DNA of 64,000 nucleotides from Gammaproteobacteria bacterium (GTDB lineage Bacteria; Pseudomonadota; Gammaproteobacteria; Coxiellales; Coxiellaceae): NCBI GenBank assembly GCA_023266215.1, contig JAHFRQ010000011.1, positions 1,735 to 65,734 of the forward strand, read 5' to 3'. Shown piece by piece: positions 57,205 to 64,000 of this stretch (position 1 is its first letter; each line of letters starts with the position of its first letter). The notes under the pieces were generated by a model. It saw only the letters and a program-made list of their open reading frames with translations, ran no database searches and was not told where the DNA came from. The position numbers and the translations under genes were made by a program.

Positions 57205-57209
57205 GTTTT
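57187..57209 (+). repeat. Direct repeat DR1 (the actual lptG 3' terminus)
   Basis: CTGGGTCGGGTAAGGTGAGTTTT matches 58985-59007 (CTGAGTCGGGTGAGGTGAGTTTT) at 21/23. Confidence 0.75.
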
Positions 57210-57234
57210 TTTAAAAATAACCGTAAAGCTTGCT

Positions 57235-57276
57235 ATTGGTTTGAAGGAACCGCGAATATAGCCTTGTACGCGGATT
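57235..57276 (-). repeat. Family-2 repeat, copy C (left inverted repeat of the ATPase cassette)
   Basis: ATTGGTTTGAAGGAACCGCGAATATAGCCTTGTAC (57235-57269) is the perfect reverse complement of 58862-58896. Followed by GCGGATT. Confidence 0.85.
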
Positions 57277-57311
57277 CCTCCCGGGAAATTTTAGTAAATT
57301 AAAGTTGTATC

Positions 57312-57404
57312 GGATCCGCAAATCGACATTTGTGGATTTACGGATCCAAAAATAGGGTGTAAAATGGATCCACAAATCGACATTTGTTAATTTACGGATC
57401 CAAA
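57312..57404 (+). promoter_or_regulatory. Two 39-bp repeat units, each a GGATCC-bracketed palindrome (operator-like)
   Basis: GGATCCGCAAATCGACATTTGTGGATTTACGGATCCAAA (57312-57350) and GGATCCACAAATCGACATTTGTTAATTTACGGATCCAAA (57366-57404). 54-bp period. The second unit ends at the first base of the ATPase ATG (57404-57406). Confidence 0.6.
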
Positions 57405-58837
57405 TGGCAAAATTTATCGGCAGAAAAGATGAAATAAACAAGCTCTTAGCGCTCACAAAAAAGAAAACGGCTTCTTTTGTTGTTCTGCGCGGCAGACGAC
57501 GTATTGGGAAAAGTCGGTTAATCGATGAAATCAGTCAGCATTTCGATCATTACTATAGCTTTGAAGGCTTGGCGCCCGAAGAAGGTGTCACAGCAAAAGA
57601 TCAGCTTGAAGAATTCTCAAGGCAAATGACTCAGCAGTTTGCACTTCCTTTTTCCATCTATAATGACTGGAGCGATGCTTTTTGGGCGATGGGAGAACGC
57701 GTTAAAACTGGAAAAATCTTAATACTATTTGATGAGATTTCTTGGATGGGCATGGATGAGCCTACCTTTTTGCCGAAAATTAAAAATTGCTGGGATAAAT
57801 ACCTCAAAAAAAATGATCAACTTATGTTTGTGGTGTGTGGCTCAGCTTCCGCTTGGATTGAAAAAAATATTTCAAACAGCACCGGATTTGTCGGACGTAT
57901 TTCATATACATTAACGCTTAAAGAATTGCTTTTATCAGACTGCATTCAGTTTTGGCCAAAAAATATTGCCGTTTACGAAAAATTAAAAATTCTATCCATA
58001 ACGGGCGGCATTCCAAAATATCTAGAGGAAATAAATGCAAAATTATCTGCCGAAGAAAATATTAAGCAGCTTTGTTTTACGCGCGGCGCCATTTTGGTAA
58101 AAGAATTCGAGCAGATATTTTCCGATTTTTTTATGCGTAAAAGCCCGCTGTACAAAAAGATTATTGAGTCACTGGTTTCTGGTCCAAAAGAAAGAAATGA
58201 GATTTGTAATTTATTAAATATTGATCCGGGCGGACGAATATCAGATTATCTTGAGGAGCTTGAGCTGTCAGGCTTTATTTCTCGAGATTACACGTGGGAT
58301 ATCGCATCGGGCAGTGATGCAAAATTAAGTCAGTATCGATTAAGCGATAATTATTTGCGATTTTATTTAAGATACATCGGTAAAAATTTAACGAAAATTA
58401 ATCGTGATAACTTTAATTTTAAATCGTTAAATTCACTGCCAGAATGGAATAGTATAATGGGTTTGCAATTTGAAAACCTGATTTTAAATAACAGATCGCT
58501 TATTCATCACGCGCTCAATATTAATCCTGACGATATTATTTCTGAAAATCCATTTTATCAACGTAAAACTGACCGGTTTTCAGGCTGTCAAATTGATTAT
58601 ATGATTCAAACGAAATTTAACACATTATATATTTGTGAAATTAAATTTTCTAAAAACCAAATTGATTCATCTGTGATTAATGATGTTCAGAAAAAAATAG
58701 ATGCTTTGAATTTCCCCAAAGGCTACTCTTGCCGACCCGTTTTAATTCACGTTAATGGTGTGACACAAGATTTGAAAGAGAATGATTATTTCACCGCCTT
58801 AATTGATTTTTCAGAGCACCTGAATTTGAGCGAATAA
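57404..58837 (+). CDS. AAA+ ATP-binding protein (PF01637 ATPase plus DUF234-like C-terminal domain)
   Basis: FIGRKDEINKL...VVLRGRRRIGKSRLI (P-loop) and ILILFDEISWM (Walker B). 477 aa. Confidence 0.75.
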   Translation: MAKFIGRKDEINKLLALTKKKTASFVVLRGRRRIGKSRLIDEISQHFDHYYSFEGLAPEEGVTAKDQLEEFSRQMTQQFALPFSIYNDWSDAFWAMGERVKTGKILILFDEISWMGMDEPTFLPKIKNCWDKYLKKNDQLMFVVCGSASAWIEKNISNSTGFVGRISYTLTLKELLLSDCIQFWPKNIAVYEKLKILSITGGIPKYLEEINAKLSAEENIKQLCFTRGAILVKEFEQIFSDFFMRKSPLYKKIIESLVSGPKERNEICNLLNIDPGGRISDYLEELELSGFISRDYTWDIASGSDAKLSQYRLSDNYLRFYLRYIGKNLTKINRDNFNFKSLNSLPEWNSIMGLQFENLILNNRSLIHHALNINPDDIISENPFYQRKTDRFSGCQIDYMIQTKFNTLYICEIKFSKNQIDSSVINDVQKKIDALNFPKGYSCRPVLIHVNGVTQDLKENDYFTALIDFSEHLNLSE

Positions 58838-58840
58838 AAA

Positions 58841-58909
58841 AATCCGCTCATTTCGCCTTGAGTACAAGGCTATATTCGCGGTTCCTTCAAACCAATAGTA
58901 AATTAAAGT
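58841..58909 (+). repeat. Family-2 repeat, copy B (right inverted repeat of the ATPase cassette)
   Basis: Starts 3 nt after the ATPase stop. AATCCGCTCATTTCGCCTTGAGTACAAGGCTATATTCGCGGTTCCTTCAAACCAATAGTAAATTAAAGT. Imperfect hairpin CCGC...GCCTTG-AGTA-CAAGGC...GCGG. Confidence 0.85.
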
Positions 58910-58984
58910 GATACAGGTTGAAAAAAATTTATGCAAATTAAGGCGATTAAGGCTTGTCTGACAAGTTTCTGACAAGTTTTTCTA

Positions 58985-59007
58985 CTGAGTCGGGTGAGGT
59001 GAGTTTT
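58985..59007 (+). repeat. Direct repeat DR2 (duplicate of the lptG 3' terminus)
   Basis: 21/23 identity to 57187-57209, including a TGA at the same relative position. Confidence 0.75.
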
Positions 59008-59026
59008 GTTATTGATTTAAAGAGAT

Positions 59027-59614
59027 CGTAATTATTCAGCCCACACAGCAATTAACTAGAAAGTCCCCTCTCCCTTGTAATCAAGGGAGAGGGTCAGGGT
59101 GAGGGTTTCTTGAAAAGAAATCATAAAACACGAGGTTTCTTTTTCAAAATAATTTCGTAGCATGTCTGTTATGAAAACAAAAGAAGAATTAATTCAGTTT
59201 TGCAAAGCGCTTCGTCAAAATAGTACTGACGTTGAAAAAATACTGTGGTATTTTTTGAGAAATAGAAATTTATTAAATTGTAAATTCAGAAGACAGCATC
59301 TAATCGGAAATTATATTGTTGATTTTATTTGCATAGACATTAAGCTTATAATTGAATTAGATGGCGGACAGCACAACTTACGTCAACAATATGATAACAA
59401 TCGCACCAACTTTTTAAACCAGCAAGGGTTTAAAGTATTGCGCTATTGGAACAATGAGCTAACAATGCAGTTAGAAAGCGTAATGAATGATATTGTCAAC
59501 GAAGTTGAAAAATTAAAAATCGATCGCCTGAAAAACCCTCACCCTGACCCTCTCCCTTGATTACAAGGGCGAGGGAACTTTCTAGTTAGTTGATGTGAGG
59601 CGTGAATAGTTACG
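59027..59614 (+). mobile_element. DUF559-endonuclease unit bounded by 82-nt terminal inverted repeats of the family-1 repeat
   Basis: 59027-59108 versus the reverse complement of 59533-59614 gives 74/82 identical by my hand alignment. Each end carries the hairpin CCCTCTCCCTT-GTAATC-AAGGGAGAGGG plus TCAGGGTGAGGG. A single ORF lies inside. Confidence 0.6.
59162..59560 (+). CDS. DUF559 domain endonuclease (Vsr-like PD-(D/E)XK fold)
   Basis: LRQNSTDVEKILWYFLRNR...KFRRQHLIGNYIVDFICIDIKLIIELDGGQH...GFKVLRYWNNE is the DUF559 signature. The last 8 codons (NPHPDPLP) are encoded by the right terminal repeat. Confidence 0.8.
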   Translation: MSVMKTKEELIQFCKALRQNSTDVEKILWYFLRNRNLLNCKFRRQHLIGNYIVDFICIDIKLIIELDGGQHNLRQQYDNNRTNFLNQQGFKVLRYWNNELTMQLESVMNDIVNEVEKLKIDRLKNPHPDPLP

Positions 59615-62194
59615 TCAAATAAGTAACTCTTCCGCAGGCTCGCGCAAGTTATAGCGTGAACTCATAGATCGGCCGTAAGCGCCTGTATTTGCTATTAAAA
59701 ATACATCGCCTTCAAAAGATTCTGGCAGTCTGCGCGAATAGCCCAATACATCGCCTGATTCGCAAATGGGGCCAACCACATGGGCGACTTGATTTTTAGG
59801 CTCAGCAAGGCGCGTTAAATTAACAATTTCATGATACGCGCCGTATAAACTAGGCCGAATTAAAGAATTCATTCCCGTTTCAATGCCGATAAAATGCGTT
59901 TCATTTTTTTGTTTTATTTGCGAGACTTTAGCTAATAAAACACCTGCACGCGCAACCAAGAATCGTCCTGGTTCAAGCCATAATGTTATATCAGGATGCG
60001 CGTCTTTTATTTTTTGCAGCGATAAATTAAAAGCCGCTAAATCTAATGCAGTTTGTCCTGGTGTTTCAACAATACCCAAACCACCGCCGATATTTAAAAT
60101 TTTTGCATTGGGAAAATAATGTCGCACGCTTAATAATTTTAAGGCATTTTCTTGCCAAATTTCAGGTTGCAAAATGCCGCTGCCCGTATGCGCATGAAGG
60201 CCGATTACTTTAATATTGTTTTTATTGATAATACCAGCGGCTTCTTCTAAATCAGATATAAAAATACCAAATTTAGATTCTTCACCGCCCGTGCAAACAA
60301 ATTTATGGTGCCCTGCACCGTAACCTGGATCAATGCGCAATAATATTTCACGACCTGAAAAAATAGCCGCCCATGTTTTTAAAATAAATAAATTATCAAG
60401 TGTAATATTAATATTTAATGTCAAAGCAGCTTCATATTCTGATTTAGGTGCAAAATTAGGAGTAAATAAAATTCGCTTGTGATTTATTGCTGGAAATAAA
60501 GATAAAATATGTCTGACTTCATAAATAGACGTGCATTCAAAGCCGATATTTAAATCATATAATATTTTTAAAACAGCGGGATTAGAATTAGCTTTGATAG
60601 CATAAAATAATTGATTAATGGCGCTGCAATTTTTTAATTGATTCGCAGCTTCAGCAATAATTGATTGATCATACACATAAAGCGGACCTGATGTTGAGGC
60701 AATACTTAATAATTGATCACGCTTTATTTTCCACCAGGTTAAGACCTCAGGCTCTTTTGTTCCAAATAATTCATTCCAACTTTGCCCTAAAAAATGATTG
60801 CGCGGATGTTGCTCGATTAGTAAAGCATGCAATTTTTTTGTTAGATAAACCGCCCTGTCTTCATCAATCACCAAAGTTAGATTTAAATCATTGGCAGATT
60901 GCGATAATAAATAAATTTGCTGTGATTCAAACAAATCAAAAACGCTTGATATTTTATGCAAAATCATTCGAATATGCTGACCCACCAAGCTAATTGATGC
61001 ACAAGGGCCAATTATTTTAGCGGTCGCCATTTTATTTAATTGTATTAGCAAATTATTGAGAGAAGTTTGATTTCTTTTGACATCATTATTATCAACAGAC
61101 ACCGTCACTGTTGTTTCTGATGTTGAAATTAAGTCGATAGAAATACCATGTGCTTTAAACAGCGTAAAAACATCGGCTAAAAATCCAACTTGCTTCCACA
61201 TGCGAACGGTTTCAATATTAATCAACAGCACATTCAATTTATTTACGATCGCTTTAATTTGCGTGCCATTTTGATCAGATACATCAGAAATCAATGTACC
61301 AGGCAAATCAATTTGCTCTGTATAGCGAATGTAAAGCGGGATTTTCTGTATTTTTAAAGGTTCAATTGAATTGGGATGAATCACTTTAGCGCCCATCGAG
61401 GCAATTTCTTGCGCTTCGGCATAATCTAACTGTAATAGTAATCGCGCGTTCGGCACTTCTTTTGGATTAGTAGTATAAATACCGGGAACATCTGTCCAAA
61501 TTTCACAACATCTTGCATTCACCAATGCTGCAAAATAAGCGGCTGACGTATCTGAGCCACCCCGTCCCAACAAAACAGTTTCACCCTTTAAGTCACTTGC
61601 TACAAATCCTTGCGTGATAATCCCGACAGATAATTTTTCTAATTGTTTAGCAATCTCTGGATTATATTTTATTTCGCAGGTTGCAGATAAATAGTGATCA
61701 GCCTCTGTTGCAAAAGCATTTTTTTCTGAAATTAATATGTTACGCGCATCTTGCCAGGCAATAGCTATTCCATTATTTTGCAAAAAAGCAGCGCCTAATT
61801 TTGTTAATAATAATTCGCCAAATGATAAAATGCGTGCTTGAATTCTGGGTGAGGCTTCAGATAATAATACAATCCCCTTGATATAATGCGATAACAACTC
61901 AAAATCGTTTTTTAATAATGCATCAAAATCGAGATTAAGATCTTGTGCCAATGTTTGATGACGCAGTTGAATTTGATTTAAAATAATATCTGCGGCATCT
62001 GTTTTATTATTTGAAAGCGCAGCCAAAATTAATTGCTCTAAAGAATTTGTTATTTGCGTGATGGCAGAACAAACAATAATCGGCCTAAAACCAGCCTCAA
62101 TATGCCTTTTGGTAATGGTGAGAATACTTTGCCAAGTCTCTTTTGTAGAAACGCTTGTGCCGCCAAATTTAATGACAATAAATGGGTTATTCAT
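59615..62194 (-). CDS. lysAC: Bifunctional aspartate kinase / diaminopimelate decarboxylase
   Basis: N-terminal aspartokinase (IVIKFGGTSV, two ACT regions) fused to a PLP-dependent DAP decarboxylase (FYAIKANSNPAVL, GGGLGI, EPGRFLVA). 859 aa. Confidence 0.85.
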   Translation of the reverse strand: MNNPFIVIKFGGTSVSTKETWQSILTITKRHIEAGFRPIIVCSAITQITNSLEQLILAALSNNKTDAADIILNQIQLRHQTLAQDLNLDFDALLKNDFELLSHYIKGIVLLSEASPRIQARILSFGELLLTKLGAAFLQNNGIAIAWQDARNILISEKNAFATEADHYLSATCEIKYNPEIAKQLEKLSVGIITQGFVASDLKGETVLLGRGGSDTSAAYFAALVNARCCEIWTDVPGIYTTNPKEVPNARLLLQLDYAEAQEIASMGAKVIHPNSIEPLKIQKIPLYIRYTEQIDLPGTLISDVSDQNGTQIKAIVNKLNVLLINIETVRMWKQVGFLADVFTLFKAHGISIDLISTSETTVTVSVDNNDVKRNQTSLNNLLIQLNKMATAKIIGPCASISLVGQHIRMILHKISSVFDLFESQQIYLLSQSANDLNLTLVIDEDRAVYLTKKLHALLIEQHPRNHFLGQSWNELFGTKEPEVLTWWKIKRDQLLSIASTSGPLYVYDQSIIAEAANQLKNCSAINQLFYAIKANSNPAVLKILYDLNIGFECTSIYEVRHILSLFPAINHKRILFTPNFAPKSEYEAALTLNINITLDNLFILKTWAAIFSGREILLRIDPGYGAGHHKFVCTGGEESKFGIFISDLEEAAGIINKNNIKVIGLHAHTGSGILQPEIWQENALKLLSVRHYFPNAKILNIGGGLGIVETPGQTALDLAAFNLSLQKIKDAHPDITLWLEPGRFLVARAGVLLAKVSQIKQKNETHFIGIETGMNSLIRPSLYGAYHEIVNLTRLAEPKNQVAHVVGPICESGDVLGYSRRLPESFEGDVFLIANTGAYGRSMSSRYNLREPAEELLI

Positions 62195-62783
62195 GCTCCG
62201 GTGCTACCATATAAATACCCGGTGCGTTGCGCAAATAGCCCTTATAATCCATGCCATAGCCAAACACATAATGATTATCAACGTGTAATCCTGAAAAATC
62301 AGCATGTGGAATTCCGCCAGAAATTCTTGCTTTTGATTTATCAACCAATACGGCGGTTAACACATCACTTGCGCCTTGTTCTCTGCAATATTTCACAATT
62401 TCAGCGAGCGTAATGCCGCCATCTAAAATATCATCGACAATTAAAACAGTGCGATTTTTAAGTGAAATACTGGGTGTCACTTTCCAAACCAATTGACTTC
62501 CTGATGTTTTGTTTTGATAGCGCGTTGCATGAATATAATCGACTTCTAATGGAAAATCTAAGCGCGGCAATAAATTACCCAGCGGCACAATACCACCAAT
62601 GACGACGCATAAAAAAATCGGGTTATCGTGCGATAATCGCGCACTGATTTCAATGGCCATTTTATCTAATGCGCTGTTGACCTGCGTTTTAGAATAAATA
62701 CAAGTGGATTTGGCTAATACTTCACGAATATGCTCTGGGAGCACTTCAGGTTGAGATGGGGTTGGCTTCTGCGTCGCAATCAT
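62187..62783 (-). CDS. Purine (hypoxanthine/guanine-type) phosphoribosyltransferase
   Basis: PRPP-binding loop VLIVDDILDGGITL. Start placed at ATG 62783 (MIATQKP). 8-nt overlap with the lysAC start. Confidence 0.7.
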   Translation of the reverse strand: MIATQKPTPSQPEVLPEHIREVLAKSTCIYSKTQVNSALDKMAIEISARLSHDNPIFLCVVIGGIVPLGNLLPRLDFPLEVDYIHATRYQNKTSGSQLVWKVTPSISLKNRTVLIVDDILDGGITLAEIVKYCREQGASDVLTAVLVDKSKARISGGIPHADFSGLHVDNHYVFGYGMDYKGYLRNAPGIYMVAPEHE

Positions 62784-63846
62784 GTGAATCTCCCTGTAGC
62801 GTAATCGTTTGAAACGCACATTCTGCACCATGATTTGCAATAATTGCAATAGACTTTAGAAAAACATCCTGCTGAACTTCACGATACTTTGCCCAATCCG
62901 TCGTTTTGGTAAAAGCATATACATTAATATTCAAAGAACTCGCTGCAAACTCCGTAAAATGCACCATAATTGTCTGTGTTTTATCAATCGAAGGATGATT
63001 TCGCAGCATATCGTCTATATCTTTTGTAATCAGGGCGACCACATTCACATCATCGTAGCGCACGCCAATCATGCTATTGATTTGACGATTTGACATGCGC
63101 GAGGGATTCACGATCACAATCGATGAAAATAAGCCATTAGGCACGTATAACGGCTGTTTTGAGAACGTGCGAATGCGTGTTAAACGCCAGCCAATATGCT
63201 CAACGGTGCCTTCAATATTACGATCTGGGGATGAAATCCAATCGCCGACTGAAAACGGCCGATCCCAAAAAATCATCATGCCGCCTAAAACATTCTCAAA
63301 CGTATCTTTTGCGGCAAAACCGAACCCAATACCGCTGGCACCTGCAAAGGCAACCAAGCTGCTCGTTCTAAATCCTAATTCTGGCAGAATACTCAGCGCA
63401 AACAGAATGGTTGCAACCACGCGAGATAATTGCGCCAGCGCGCGCATCGTTGTTTTATCGCGCACCGGCAAATGCAACGAGCGCGGCGCAATTTCATTTT
63501 CCATCAAAGTAATAAATCTAAGCAAAGTCCAATAAATAGTCGCGAGAAACAGTAGATTTCGAATGGTATTTAAGCCAGACAAATTGCGTAAATCAATTTT
63601 AAAATGCAGCATGAAAAAAAACACAACGAAGCTTGCGGCTATCAACCAAAAAAAAGTTAAAAATGGCACATGCGTTGACTCAATCAACGACACCCACCAA
63701 GGATGTTTATGCCGATCTATCTTGCGAATTAAAAATCGATAAGTAATGCGGGAAATCCAATGAAAAATAATCATGCCAAGCAGAATCAAACCGATTGTAA
63801 TCAACCAGTCGTGTTGGGCAATGTGGGGCGAAATTGTTGGAGTCAT
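62746..63846 (-). CDS. MscS-family small-conductance mechanosensitive channel
   Basis: TM helices followed by FENVLGGMMIFWDRPFSVGDWI...GTVEHIGWRLTRIRT, which is the MscS beta-domain signature. Confidence 0.8.
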   Translation of the reverse strand: MTPTISPHIAQHDWLITIGLILLGMIIFHWISRITYRFLIRKIDRHKHPWWVSLIESTHVPFLTFFWLIAASFVVFFFMLHFKIDLRNLSGLNTIRNLLFLATIYWTLLRFITLMENEIAPRSLHLPVRDKTTMRALAQLSRVVATILFALSILPELGFRTSSLVAFAGASGIGFGFAAKDTFENVLGGMMIFWDRPFSVGDWISSPDRNIEGTVEHIGWRLTRIRTFSKQPLYVPNGLFSSIVIVNPSRMSNRQINSMIGVRYDDVNVVALITKDIDDMLRNHPSIDKTQTIMVHFTEFAASSLNINVYAFTKTTDWAKYREVQQDVFLKSIAIIANHGAECAFQTITLQGDSHDCDAEANPIST

Positions 63847-63887
63847 AACTTAGAATATATGCGCACAATGGCATTGTCTATAAAATT

Positions 63888-64000
63888 TTATTGCTGGCCC
63901 AAGGCTTGGCATACTTGTGTTTCTAAATCACCATTATCAGAACAGAATCGATCTGCATAAGGCCCAAATGGTTGCTGTCGCGTTGCAAATTGACTGCGAC
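63888..64000 (-). CDS. C-terminal end of an unidentified gene (5' part outside the window)
   Basis: Edge-truncated. My translation is ...RSQFATRQQPFGPYADRFCSDNGDLETQVCQALGQQ-stop (TAA at 63890-63888). It is the longest open frame at this edge. Confidence 0.3.
   Translation of the reverse strand, partial: RSQFATRQQPFGPYADRFCSDNGDLETQVCQALGQQ

Noticed and set aside
57211-57456. 81-aa minus-strand ORF from the track
   Set aside because: It lies entirely in the intergenic repeat region. Its internal WIRK.TNVDL.I duplication simply mirrors the two 39-bp GGATCC palindrome units, and it overlaps the ATPase start. It is an artefact of the repeats.
1-64000. CRISPR arrays, tRNA or rRNA genes, IS elements, integrases
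   Set aside because: No regularly spaced short repeats were seen. No cloverleaf-type GGTTCGA T-arm is present other than the tmRNA one. No transposase- or integrase-like ORF appears in any frame of the track.

Overview
This is an AT-rich gammaproteobacterial chromosome segment. Gene content and synteny resemble Legionellales/Coxiellaceae-type intracellular bacteria, but the taxon cannot be verified from the sequence alone. The backbone is: comEC-msbA-lpxK-cydC (+) converging on cydA-cydB-cydX-cydD (-); fadE-fadD; two mechanosensitive channels; the rimK operon; smpB-ssrA (tmRNA) beside ratA-rnfH-bamE-fur; valS / lptF-lptG; and bifunctional lysAC-hpt. Small accessory islets sit between these genes, and no integrase or transposase is present anywhere. 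The islets are RhuM, DinD, a YhcG-type nuclease, two DUF234-type AAA ATPases, a PIF1-like helicase plus Fic next to tmRNA, an orphan RHH antitoxin-like gene and an orphan CI/LexA-like switch. There are also several gene wrecks: a Fic 3' remnant, a truncated TIGR00725 gene, SHMT-like and PKS-KS fragments, and a serine hydrolase with one in-frame TAA. Two families of structured intergenic repeats are present. The three most notable observations are: (i) a 588-bp unit in which a DUF559 (Vsr-like) endonuclease ORF is enclosed by 82-nt terminal inverted repeats of a GGGAGAGGG/GGGTGAGGG hairpin repeat, which also occurs as three ORF-less copies; (ii) a 1.8-kb AAA-ATPase cassette at the 3' end of lptG, bounded by a 23-bp duplication of the lptG terminus and carrying perfect 35-bp inverted repeats; (iii) a helicase-Fic island bounded by 50-bp direct repeats that abut the tmRNA 3' end. 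No CRISPR array, rRNA or tRNA gene was seen.
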